From an uncultured Gammaproteobacteria bacterium (GTDB taxonomy: Bacteria > Patescibacteriota > Patescibacteriia > UBA1558 > 2-01-FULL-52-15): DNA of 64,000 nucleotides. The stretch is taken from positions 13,428-77,427 of the forward strand of contig CAYRBH010000002.1 in the NCBI GenBank assembly GCA_964422585.1. The letters are read 5' to 3'. Each line of letters starts with the position of its first letter. Within the stretch, counting starts at the first letter, position 1. Shown piece by piece: positions 51,598 to 60,849 of the stretch. The notes beneath the pieces were generated by a model. It was given only the letters and a program-made list of their open reading frames with translations. It was not told the DNA's origin and made no database searches. Made by a program: the position numbers and the translations under genes.

Positions 51598-51927
51598 ATG
51601 CTAGGAGATCCAAGTGGTAATCTGAACGCAGATGATTCAGCAGAGCCAACCATTGCTCAACGTGAGCTCAACTACGTTGAGTACTTTTTCCCTGAAGCAG
51701 AAGAAGCTGAAGGGGAATCTACTGACAAGCTTCGGTGTGGCGAGGCTCAGGTAACGGAGACGACGGATCCTGCAGCGATGCAGTTTCCTGAGGGAGCGGT
51801 CGCTCTTCGTTTCTATCGGGCAGCCGAAGTTCGTCATCTGCTCAACGGCAGTTGGAAGTTAGCTAGCGCTAAGCGCGTCTGGGAGTCGCCTATGATTCCC
51901 ATCACGCGAACACGCTTCAAGAGGTAA
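51598..51927 (+). CDS. Hypothetical protein
   Basis: SD GAGGAG; follows purD; terminator at ~51932-51980. Confidence 0.6.
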   Translation: MLGDPSGNLNADDSAEPTIAQRELNYVEYFFPEAEEAEGESTDKLRCGEAQVTETTDPAAMQFPEGAVALRFYRAAEVRHLLNGSWKLASAKRVWESPMIPITRTRFKR

Positions 51928-52142
51928 GGACGCCCCATCGGGTTTGCTGAGCATAGGCTCGGCCGACTCGGTGGGGTTTTGAATCGTCTTGTTTTTTATA
52001 GTACATCATCTAGTATGCAGATAGACGAGTCAGACCAGGAGGCCTGGCTTGTATGTTCTTCGAAAACTGAGTGAATTGATAATTTTCTTTGGCCGAACAA
52101 CATCGTCGCGACTACTAGGTCGCACTAAAGGAGACAGATAGC

Positions 52143-52919
52143 ATGCTGGCAAAGCACCGGATTATCGTGGCATTGGATGTTGACAACCCGAAGCGAGCGA
52201 CCTCGCTCATCAAATCTCTGGCGTCGCATGTGGGCTACTTCAAGATCGGCCGTGAGATGCAGGCCGCATTCGGCCTTCCGCAAGCGATCGATTTCGTTCA
52301 CGCTGCCGGCGGCGACATCTTCCTGGATGGTAAGGAGAATGACATCCCGAACACGGTCGCAGCGACAGTGCGGGTCATCGCGCAGAAGAGGGTCGCGATG
52401 CTCAATGTTCATTGTTTGGGCGGCGAGGAGATGATGCGCGCGGCTGCGCAAGCAGCGCGCGAGGTTGCACAGGAGACTGGAAGTCACTCCTTGGTTCTCG
52501 GTGTCACGCTTCTGACGAGTCAGGATTACGGCACCTTGCAGCGCCTGGGCTTCGTCGACTCGCTGGATCGGATGCAGGGCCCGCAACAGCGGCAGGAGAT
52601 AGCGGAGGTCAAGCTCAGCGCCATCGTGAACCATCTGGCAGTTCTTGCCAAAGACTGCGGGCTCAACGGGGTGATTTGTTCTCCGAAGGAAACAGAGATG
52701 GTGCGCGGCAGTTGCGGCGATGACTTCTGCATCGTGAATCCGGGTATCAGACCCGCAGGCACTTCGCTCGACGATCAGAAGCGGGTTGGCACGCCGGCTA
52801 TGGCTATCAAAGCGGGAGCAACGCATCTGGTGATCGGACGACCCATCACCGGAGCAGCGGATCCTGTTGCGGCAGCGATCGCCATCGCTGCCGAGATTGA
52901 AGCAGCGCAGGCTGTCTGA
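52143..52919 (+). CDS. pyrF: Orotidine-5'-phosphate decarboxylase
   Basis: IVALD, DGK.NDIPNT, VT.LTS, PGIR, DQKR and VIGRPI motifs. Confidence 0.93.
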   Translation: MLAKHRIIVALDVDNPKRATSLIKSLASHVGYFKIGREMQAAFGLPQAIDFVHAAGGDIFLDGKENDIPNTVAATVRVIAQKRVAMLNVHCLGGEEMMRAAAQAAREVAQETGSHSLVLGVTLLTSQDYGTLQRLGFVDSLDRMQGPQQRQEIAEVKLSAIVNHLAVLAKDCGLNGVICSPKETEMVRGSCGDDFCIVNPGIRPAGTSLDDQKRVGTPAMAIKAGATHLVIGRPITGAADPVAAAIAIAAEIEAAQAV

Positions 52920-52965
52920 ATCCGTGCTTCCCACACCAATACTTTTTCTGCCCTAAGGAGGGACC

Positions 52966-53736
52966 ATGACCATTCGTCGTGACATTCCGCCACACATCGA
53001 CCCGATCGAACTCTGGAAAGCGGCCGGTGGCTTCTACCAGTGCCCGAAAGACGCTGATGGTAAGCGCCTCGGCCCGCTCGTCGGTTACGCGGGGACTTAC
53101 CAGGACGATCTTGACTTGAACAAGCACTATGTCGGCGAAGTATACTTCAACTTCGCCGCGGTCGAACAGTACCCTCGGCCATTGCGTCGTTTCGCTCAAC
53201 TTCTGATGCTGCAATTGGAGCAGGAGGGGGACATCTCTGTCTTTCTCGGCGCTCCGATGGGTGGCATCGGCCTTGCGTTCGCGCTTGGTGACTTCTTCGA
53301 AGACGTTCGTGTCGTCTTCGCAGAGAAGAAAGTTCTTGCTCCGGGATCGGAGCGAGAGCAATCTTCGCTCGTCATCGCGCGGCATGAACTCGATCCCGAC
53401 GATCGAGTCGTCATCATCGAAGATGTCTGTAACAACTTCTCCACGACTGAGCAGCTAATCAACCTCGTTCAGGCCTCCGGCGCCACCGTTTGCGCCATCG
53501 GCTGCGCCTTGAATCGTTCGGAGATGAGTTGCTACCATCCGCCCTCGGCGCCTCTGGGCGATCATCTGCCCGTTCGATCCGTCATCCACATTCCTTCGCC
53601 GCAGTTCAGGCAGAAGGATCTCGAGGTCTGGGAAGACGTCAGGGATGGCAACATCGTGTGGAAGCCGAAGGTCGACTGGGAACGACTCATGACAGCGATG
53701 AACGCATCGGGTCAGGAGACTCCCCATGGCAAGTAG
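52966..53736 (+). CDS. pyrE: Orotate phosphoribosyltransferase-like type I PRTase
   Basis: G.PMGGI, FAEK and VIIEDVCNNFST (PRPP loop); downstream of pyrF. Confidence 0.7.
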   Translation: MTIRRDIPPHIDPIELWKAAGGFYQCPKDADGKRLGPLVGYAGTYQDDLDLNKHYVGEVYFNFAAVEQYPRPLRRFAQLLMLQLEQEGDISVFLGAPMGGIGLAFALGDFFEDVRVVFAEKKVLAPGSEREQSSLVIARHELDPDDRVVIIEDVCNNFSTTEQLINLVQASGATVCAIGCALNRSEMSCYHPPSAPLGDHLPVRSVIHIPSPQFRQKDLEVWEDVRDGNIVWKPKVDWERLMTAMNASGQETPHGK

Positions 53737-53851
53737 CCGAAATGCCCGCCGGCGTCGAAGACGCGCGCGTAAGGGCGGTCAGTACTTCAAGCAAGGCCGC
53801 AAAGTCAAAGCCTGCTATCATAACTACTGGCCGCACTCCGGTCGCCGCTGA
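53726..53851 (+). CDS. Small Arg-rich basic protein (41 aa)
   Basis: SD AGGAG then MASSRNARRRRRRARKGGQYFKQGRKVKACYHNYWPHSGRR; lies before the terminator at ~53910-53943. Confidence 0.5.
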   Translation: MASSRNARRRRRRARKGGQYFKQGRKVKACYHNYWPHSGRR

Positions 53852-54083
53852 GCGAGCGCGGCCGCTCATTCACTCATAACAAACCGCAGAATAGGAGGCT
53901 GCGGAGGAGGCAAAGGTTAGCTATGGCTAACCTTTTTGCTTTTGCTGAGTAGGTTGAAATTTTCTGGTACTTGACTTTTTAAAGTAGATTATGTATAGTA
54001 GGTGTTTAGTTTGTTCTGCTCGCATAGTGCGAGTAGGGCGCGGGTTCATTTAATGTTTCCTTTCAAGGCATAGGAGAAGAAAC

Positions 54084-54608
54084 GTGTATTACTGCGTCGT
54101 TTTGAGTCGCCCTGATAGTCGCGGTCACCTCAAGGAAGCCTTGGCTGCTAAACTTCGTCGCAAGGACGAGCGTCTGCACACCAATCTCACTGACGCTTAC
54201 GACGAGTTCGGCATCGCGATGAGCGAGATCTCGTTTTTTGCGAACAACCAGGAGGTCTGTATGATCGCCGGTGAGCGTCTGCTCGACGGCGGTTCCGGCA
54301 CGGCCTTCGCTCAGCGTTTCAAGGCGAAGTACCCGAAAGGGATCTTCATCCTTTTCACGCAGTTCAGCCTGGACGGCATCGACACGGACAATCCTCTGAT
54401 CGACGCCGTGATCGCCCAGCATCCCGGCGGAAACAATCCGTTCGAGACGCTCGCCGAAATTCTGGTCACGCATCTGCACTTCATCGATGTGCATTCCCTG
54501 AAGCGAGAGCACCCCGCGCTGCTGCTTCGTCACGAAGTGCGGGTGCTGCAGGAGCGCAAGAAGGCCGAGTATCGTTTCTCGCGAGTTGCGGTGGAAAGAC
54601 GGTCGTAA
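54084..54608 (+). CDS. Degenerate receiver-domain-like protein
   Basis: SD AGGAG with GTG start; ERLLDGGSGTAFAQRFKAKYPKGIFILFT resembles the REC beta3-alpha3-beta4 region. Confidence 0.5.
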   Translation: MYYCVVLSRPDSRGHLKEALAAKLRRKDERLHTNLTDAYDEFGIAMSEISFFANNQEVCMIAGERLLDGGSGTAFAQRFKAKYPKGIFILFTQFSLDGIDTDNPLIDAVIAQHPGGNNPFETLAEILVTHLHFIDVHSLKREHPALLLRHEVRVLQERKKAEYRFSRVAVERRS

Positions 54609-54737
54609 GGCCTGCCTTGAACGAAAACAGTTGCCTGCCGTGCGTAGTGTGCACGGTGGGCGTTTTTGTTTGCAGAAAAATATTGAACTGTGAGCGAGTC
54701 TTTGTTAGGATACTTAGGTCAGTAAGTACCTTGAGAG

Positions 54738-54998
54738 AAAAATAAGCCGTCGAAGTGTCTCGTTGATATGAAAAAAAGAATATTCTTTGGTGGAATAGTC
54801 TGAGTGAATGAGTATGCCGTCCGCAGCAGTCGACAGCTTAAGAAAAAGTGACTAACAGTTCTCACGGGATGGTTCGTCTTCAGTGGATGCTTCCTGGGTC
54901 TCGGCTCGGAATATGCTACTGTTGGATAAACCAAAAATCCCCGAAGGGACTTTTGGCGAAAAGCGATTTCGATGCCGTACATTTGGTGGAACGGCATC
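54738..54998 (-). ncRNA. Candidate ~260-nt structured RNA divergent from ssb
   Basis: Minus-strand TTGACA-N18-TACTAT with extended TG (55034-55005), a C(UUCG)G hairpin, and a terminal stem followed by a U tract. Confidence 0.55.
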
Positions 54999-55132
54999 AC
55001 CGATATAGTACCACTGCAGTTTTTGAATTGTCAACTACTACAACGGGTGATCGCTTGTGCGATCATTTTTTTGCTAATTAGTGGCGATGTCATGGGTGAC
55101 GATCCGTGGCAGCGCTGTAATTGAATAGTGAT

Positions 55133-55549
55133 ATGGATGTGAATAAAGTCACGCTCATTGGGCGTCTGACAAAAAAGCCCCAGCTTCGGGAAACCGCTTC
55201 TGGGCAGAAGGTCGCGAGTTTCAGTGTCGCGACCAACTATATGTGGAGGGATTATAAGACGAAGGAGAAGCATGATACAACCCAGTTCCATCGGGTTATT
55301 GTCTGGGGCAAGCTCGCGGATATTGCCTCGACCTACCTTGATAAGGCCTCACGTGTCTATCTGGAAGGCAGGCTCCAGTATCGTGAGTGGCAGGATACAG
55401 AAGGTAAGAAGCGTTATGGTACCGATGTCATCGCTGATGAGCTCATCATGCTCGGGCATAACGGCAGTTCAAAGAAATCTTCCTCATCAGAAGCAGCGTT
55501 TGTGAAAGAAGGTCCTGGTGAAAAGGAGTTAGTGGTCGAGGAAGTTTAA
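55133..55549 (+). CDS. ssb: Single-stranded DNA-binding protein (paralog-like)
   Basis: NKV.LIGRL..KP.LR, FSVATN and VY.EGRL..R.W motifs; no DDIPF tail. Confidence 0.9.
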   Translation: MDVNKVTLIGRLTKKPQLRETASGQKVASFSVATNYMWRDYKTKEKHDTTQFHRVIVWGKLADIASTYLDKASRVYLEGRLQYREWQDTEGKKRYGTDVIADELIMLGHNGSSKKSSSSEAAFVKEGPGEKELVVEEV

Positions 55550-55625
55550 TGTGAACCAACGTGGAGCGATGCGGTTTTAAACAATGCCCTGTTTCCGTGT
55601 CGCTCCACATGGTTGTACTAGTACT

Positions 55626-56480
55626 ATGCGCTTTAACTTTTTTTCAAAATACATCATTGCATCTGGTTGGTATATCGTGATCAGCTTACTACTGCCATTA
55701 CTGGCGGCGGCTCAGACTCTTTCGACGACGCCCACCTCGACAGACACTATGCAGCATCGAGCTAAGAAGAGCACCATCAATGTGCCGCCTTCTCAGACAG
55801 TGCGGGGCATTGTCATCGTACCCCCGCATACATTGTATAAGCAGAAAGCATATATACAAGTTGGCAGCGATGAAATCATCGAACTGTATAGTGCGAAAGG
55901 AACATTCCCGAAAATGTCATTCGGAAGTTCGGTCGAAGCAACAGGTATTCTCTCCTCTGACTATGATCCATCTCGCTTGAAGATCGTTTCAAAAGCGAAT
56001 ATACAAACCCTTGCATCCGGCGCGATGCCGAGCAGTACTCAGATGAGCGTATCTGAGATAAGTCCGGATAACGCTTTTTCATTGATTCAAGTCGAAGGTC
56101 AGATAACCCACTATGCTCAGAAGTCATTGCTCATGGCTCAAGGTGATGCTCAAGTGGCTATTCGCCTGATGCAGAGCGGTAAGCTATTTCCCAAAAGCAT
56201 GGCCAAAGGCTCGCGCATTCGAGTCAGCGGCTTTTTGAAGTATGAAGCGAATGATCCGGTGCTGTATGCGCCCGATCTTAAACATATTGCGGTCCTCGCA
56301 AAAGCGCCTGCTGCGGTAGGAGCTTCTACGCTGCCAACAACTACGCCGCCGGAGCGGGTGATCCAGGGCGTGGTTAGTAGTACTCCCACAGGAGCGCAAT
56401 GGTATGTAGTCGCAGCTATACCGATACTCCTCATCCTTGGTTTTGCAGTAAAGAAATATGTAGGACCGAGGCTGGGGTAA
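55626..56480 (+). CDS. Exported, membrane-anchored protein with putative OB-fold repeats
   Basis: Signal peptide, two V.G.(I/V)...G..V...G modules, C-terminal TM helix. Confidence 0.55.
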   Translation: MRFNFFSKYIIASGWYIVISLLLPLLAAAQTLSTTPTSTDTMQHRAKKSTINVPPSQTVRGIVIVPPHTLYKQKAYIQVGSDEIIELYSAKGTFPKMSFGSSVEATGILSSDYDPSRLKIVSKANIQTLASGAMPSSTQMSVSEISPDNAFSLIQVEGQITHYAQKSLLMAQGDAQVAIRLMQSGKLFPKSMAKGSRIRVSGFLKYEANDPVLYAPDLKHIAVLAKAPAAVGASTLPTTTPPERVIQGVVSSTPTGAQWYVVAAIPILLILGFAVKKYVGPRLG

Positions 56481-56544
56481 GGTTCTCATAGTGAGACGCG
56501 GATGAAAGTTTGACGTGCTTTCATTTTTTTTATACAGTTAGTGC

Positions 56545-57576
56545 ATGCAAAAAAAACAATCCATTGAATTACTTATTCGGCGCCTCGATAAATCGCAAGT
56601 GGGACTTTCAGTCGCGCTATTGAAAGAACAGATACTGCAGGCACATCGCGACTTTCCTAAAAAAACGAGTCTTCCAAAACGTCGCTGGAATGCAGTCGTT
56701 GTCTGCGCTATGGGTGGCTCGGCTTTAGGAGCGGATGTGCTACGATCACTCTATAAACATTATCTCAAAGTTCCTTTCGTCATTGTGAACGGATACTCGC
56801 TCCCTCACTTTGCTGATAAAAACACCCTGGTACTATTATGTAGCTATTCAGGTACTACTGAGGAAATCATTTCTTGCCTTTCGGAAGCTCGTGAACGAAA
56901 ATTGCCTTCCTTTGTGATCGCCGAAGGTGGAGCGCTTAGTACCGCTGCAAAGAAATTCCGCATACCGCACTTTACTTTTCATCCTGATAATAATCCTTCC
57001 AAGCAGCCGCGCATCGGTACCGGGTATACTATGACGGCAATGTATGAGGTGCTGAAGAAAGAAGGCTTGTTAGCAGCGAGCGCGCCGGATCTGATCGCCG
57101 CGACCAAGCACATGACGATCGATACCGCAGTACCATTTCGTTTCGCGGAAGAACTCCTCGGACAGTCATTTGTGATTATTGCCGCAGAGCACCTAGTTGG
57201 CAATGCTCATGTTATAAGTAATCAGCTAAATGAAACTGCCAAAGCATTCGCGCCCGCCTTTTTCTTGTCAGAATTGAATCATCATCTACTTGAAGGTTTA
57301 GGCAGTTTGAGAGAAGCCCGAAAACACTGGACATTCCTGTTTCTTGAGTCAAAGGAATATACGCCTCGTACGCGGAAGCGACTTGCTATTACTCGTCAGG
57401 TAATAGAGAAGCAAGGTTTCAACACTAAAACTATTTCATTCAATGGATCTCGTGTGGCGCAGTGTTTGAAGATGTTGTCATTCAGTGGATTTTTTACCTT
57501 TTACTCTGGTATTCTCGCGAAAAAAAATCCAGCTGCAATTCCGTGGGTTGATTATTTCAAGAAGCGTTTAGCATAA
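56545..57576 (+). CDS. Bifunctional phosphoglucose/phosphomannose isomerase (SIS)
   Basis: MGGSA, SYSG.TEE, QPR, NETAK and ELNHH motifs. Confidence 0.88.
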   Translation: MQKKQSIELLIRRLDKSQVGLSVALLKEQILQAHRDFPKKTSLPKRRWNAVVVCAMGGSALGADVLRSLYKHYLKVPFVIVNGYSLPHFADKNTLVLLCSYSGTTEEIISCLSEARERKLPSFVIAEGGALSTAAKKFRIPHFTFHPDNNPSKQPRIGTGYTMTAMYEVLKKEGLLAASAPDLIAATKHMTIDTAVPFRFAEELLGQSFVIIAAEHLVGNAHVISNQLNETAKAFAPAFFLSELNHHLLEGLGSLREARKHWTFLFLESKEYTPRTRKRLAITRQVIEKQGFNTKTISFNGSRVAQCLKMLSFSGFFTFYSGILAKKNPAAIPWVDYFKKRLA

Positions 57577-57579
57577 ACT

Positions 57580-59178
57580 ATGGGTGAACTCTGGCGAGCG
57601 ATACGGGCGAGGAGGCTCGACTACCTTTTTTTATTCGTCGGATTTTTCGCGATAGCAGTATATATTCAATACAATCAGGTGATGGGCGATCCAGACGGCT
57701 TCTATCATGCCGCGATGGCGCAATTTCTTTCACGCGGGGTGATCTTGAAGGATATGCCCTGGATGCAGGCAACGACTCTGCGGATGTATTTTACGGATCA
57801 TCATTTGCTCTACCATGCATTGCTCATACCGTTCGTCATACTCGGCAATCCGCTCTTAGGGGTAAAGCTCGCGACCGCTGCGTTCGGAGCCGCCTTTTTC
57901 GTCACACTCTATGGGACCTTGCGCAGGTTACGTTTCGCCGGTCCGCTGCTCGCGACACTGACGCTATTCTTCTCAAGCGGGTTCCTCTTTCGCCTGAGTC
58001 TGGTTAAAGCGAACAGTGTTTCGCTGATACTACTCTTGTGTATTTTGATATGCTTATTCGAACGGCGTTGGTGGCTGCTTGCCATGCTCAATACTATATT
58101 CGTGTGGCTCTACGGTGGATGGATCGTGGCGTGGGTCGCTGCCTTTGTCTATAGCTTCGTCGCCTTTTGGTATTGGGTATTCTTAGCCCGAGGTTTCAGG
58201 CGTCATCGCTTCTTGAGTAGATTGCGGGGATTGCGCCGCATACCGATGCTGAAGCCAGTGCTCGCTACGGTCGGGGGGTCTTTGGTCGGCCTGATAGTGA
58301 ATCCGTATTGGCCGCACAATGTGCGGTTCTACTGGCAGCAAATTTGGCAGATAGCTATCGTTAATCAAGGAAGTGTGGTGAATGTCGGTGGTGAGTGGAG
58401 CAGTCTCTCGCCATATGAATTCGTAAATAACTTAGGACTGACGGCCATTGCTGGCGCGCTACTCTGTACCTTGATCATACTTGAGGTGCGACGTATTACA
58501 TTTCGTACCTGGGTACTGTTCGCTCTCACGCTCTTGTTCTCGGTGTTCATGTATAAGTCGCGTCGCTACATAGAGCTTGCGGCGCCTTCGATGATCATTG
58601 CGGCATCTTCCGCATGGGCCGACGTGTTCCAGTATCATATCTTCGAACACCTGTGGCGATCCTGGCATATGCATCGCCGAATGAAGCAGAATCTCACTAT
58701 CGTTGCCTTAGTTGTCATAGCCATGCTCGTCGCCCTGCCGCGAGCTGGACTATGGGGTCGTATCGAACAAGTACGCGCTGAGGTTGCGCAAGGTATCCCA
58801 TTGCATCAGTATCAGAAGGTATCCAACTGGTTGGCGCAGAACACGTTGCCGGAAACAATCGTGCTGCAGAGTGACTGGGATGATTGGCCGATGCTTTTCT
58901 ACTATAATCAGAGGAACTATTATCTCGTAGGGCTTGATCCGACATTCATGTATAACTATAGCCCGAAGCTCTATGCGGAATGGGCTGATCTTACCGCGAA
59001 TGGCAGCACTGATAATTTGGTACAAGTAGTAGACCAGGATTTTCACGCCCGCTATGTACTGGTTGATAAAGACCATGCTGCATTTCAGAAAACAGTAGCC
59101 TCGAACATTTATTTCAGGCTCGTGTATGAGGATGATGAGGTGTGGCTCTATCGATACACACCAGCACAAGCGCTCTAG
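57580..59178 (+). CDS. GT-C-like polytopic membrane protein
   Basis: D..YH after TM1, ~11 TM helices, NPY, EW, and C-terminal SDWDD.. Confidence 0.65.
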   Translation: MGELWRAIRARRLDYLFLFVGFFAIAVYIQYNQVMGDPDGFYHAAMAQFLSRGVILKDMPWMQATTLRMYFTDHHLLYHALLIPFVILGNPLLGVKLATAAFGAAFFVTLYGTLRRLRFAGPLLATLTLFFSSGFLFRLSLVKANSVSLILLLCILICLFERRWWLLAMLNTIFVWLYGGWIVAWVAAFVYSFVAFWYWVFLARGFRRHRFLSRLRGLRRIPMLKPVLATVGGSLVGLIVNPYWPHNVRFYWQQIWQIAIVNQGSVVNVGGEWSSLSPYEFVNNLGLTAIAGALLCTLIILEVRRITFRTWVLFALTLLFSVFMYKSRRYIELAAPSMIIAASSAWADVFQYHIFEHLWRSWHMHRRMKQNLTIVALVVIAMLVALPRAGLWGRIEQVRAEVAQGIPLHQYQKVSNWLAQNTLPETIVLQSDWDDWPMLFYYNQRNYYLVGLDPTFMYNYSPKLYAEWADLTANGSTDNLVQVVDQDFHARYVLVDKDHAAFQKTVASNIYFRLVYEDDEVWLYRYTPAQAL

Positions 59179-59226
59179 CGTCAATGATAGTCTATGATGG
59201 CAGAGCTGTGATAGAATACTTTCAGT

Positions 59227-60849
59227 ATGGAGACACGAAAGCAACGATGGTTCATCGGCATTGGAGTGCTTTTTCTGCTTGCGACGAATATCGTTTTTGT
59301 ACGTTTGTATCTTGAAACGCCGCCAGGGCATCAGTATACTGGCGCCGGCCTGGAAGCGGTCGCTGATAAGTTCGTATACTATTCGATGATACAGCAGGGA
59401 GCGGAAGGCAGACTCTTCATGCAGAATGTGCACACGTCCGAACCGCAGCTCGGCCTACTCTTCTCGCCGCACTGGTATCTTATCGGCATGACTTCGCGAC
59501 TTCTCGATATGCCGATACCGCTCGCCTATCATCTCTATCGTTGGATAGCGACAGTTGGTTTTTTATTGCTGCTCTATAGCTTTATCCGAAAACTGTTCGC
59601 TCACACAGGGGATCAGATCGGAGCTTTCGCCCTGGTCCTTTTCAGCTCAGGCCTTGGCTGGTTGTATTTCATAGCTCACCCTGAGATTGCCGACAGCTCT
59701 GTGCATTGGTTGCAGCATTTTAATCAAACACCGATAGATCTGTATGTGACAGAGTTCAGCGCCTTCACGAATACGCTGCAGTCGCCGCTATTCATACTCT
59801 CACACCTGTTGATACTTGCAGTGTGGCTCTTGTTTTTACGAGAACGGAGGTCGTTCAAGTCGAGTGTGGCGCTCATGTGCATCGTTGCCCTCTTCGGTGC
59901 GATGCATCCCTATGATCTACCGCTGCTTATCATTGTTACTACCGCTCTAGCTCTGAGCGAAGTGTTCCAACAAGACGTCGCGAGTATTGTTATTCGCCTC
60001 TGGCCACTCGTGACGGGCGCGGCACTAGCATGCATCTACCACGGCATCAGCCTTATTCGAGAGCCCGCATTATCTGGCTGGCTATCTCAGAATATCGCCT
60101 TTTCGCCTTCCATCAGTAATTATCTATGGGGTATTGGTATGACTGGACCGCTCGCGCTGCTCGGTGTTTGGTACTTGGTGCGTAACCGAGCCTTGGACGA
60201 CCAATATTGGCGCTTAGTCTTGTTTTGGGCGCTCGCGATACTGCTATTGATCTATGAGCCGACATCCATCAATCGGCGTTTCGCGAATACCTTGTTGATA
60301 CCCTTGGGTCTCCTTAGCTGGTATGGGCTTACGCATTTGCTGCGTGCAGTAAAACCCTTTGCTCTACGCGCCGCGGTTGGTATTTTCTGTGCTATGCTGC
60401 TTTCTTCAGGAGTGCTGTATCAGATCGCTGAGCAGCTGTTCTATCAGCCCACCTTGAGTGAGAAGTATAACTACTATCTCGATCCGTATATAACCGATGC
60501 CTTGACGCAGCTGCACAACCAGCTGACCTATCAGGATGTGCTCTTGCCGAGCACTAGTTTTATTGGCATACTCTCAGCTGCATATGCGCCGACGAGGCTC
60601 TTCGTCGGGCACGCGCATCAGACGGTACAGTATGAGCTGAAGAAGAATGAGATGGATTGGTTCTTTGCCGAACCTCAGACATCAGTAGCCTTTACGAATC
60701 GTAGGGATTTTCTCATTCACAACAAGATCACCAGCATTATAATCTATAAACCTAGTATGACAGCCTCGTATGATTGGCTGGATACACTGCCAGGAGTACA
60801 GCGCGTCTATGATTCGGTCGCTGTCAGAATTTTTAAGGTACGTTCATGA
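59227..60849 (+). CDS. GT-C-like polytopic membrane protein (paralog A)
   Basis: ADK.VY..MIQQG, HPYD and GH.HQT motifs shared with the next gene. Confidence 0.65.
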   Translation: METRKQRWFIGIGVLFLLATNIVFVRLYLETPPGHQYTGAGLEAVADKFVYYSMIQQGAEGRLFMQNVHTSEPQLGLLFSPHWYLIGMTSRLLDMPIPLAYHLYRWIATVGFLLLLYSFIRKLFAHTGDQIGAFALVLFSSGLGWLYFIAHPEIADSSVHWLQHFNQTPIDLYVTEFSAFTNTLQSPLFILSHLLILAVWLLFLRERRSFKSSVALMCIVALFGAMHPYDLPLLIIVTTALALSEVFQQDVASIVIRLWPLVTGAALACIYHGISLIREPALSGWLSQNIAFSPSISNYLWGIGMTGPLALLGVWYLVRNRALDDQYWRLVLFWALAILLLIYEPTSINRRFANTLLIPLGLLSWYGLTHLLRAVKPFALRAAVGIFCAMLLSSGVLYQIAEQLFYQPTLSEKYNYYLDPYITDALTQLHNQLTYQDVLLPSTSFIGILSAAYAPTRLFVGHAHQTVQYELKKNEMDWFFAEPQTSVAFTNRRDFLIHNKITSIIIYKPSMTASYDWLDTLPGVQRVYDSVAVRIFKVRS

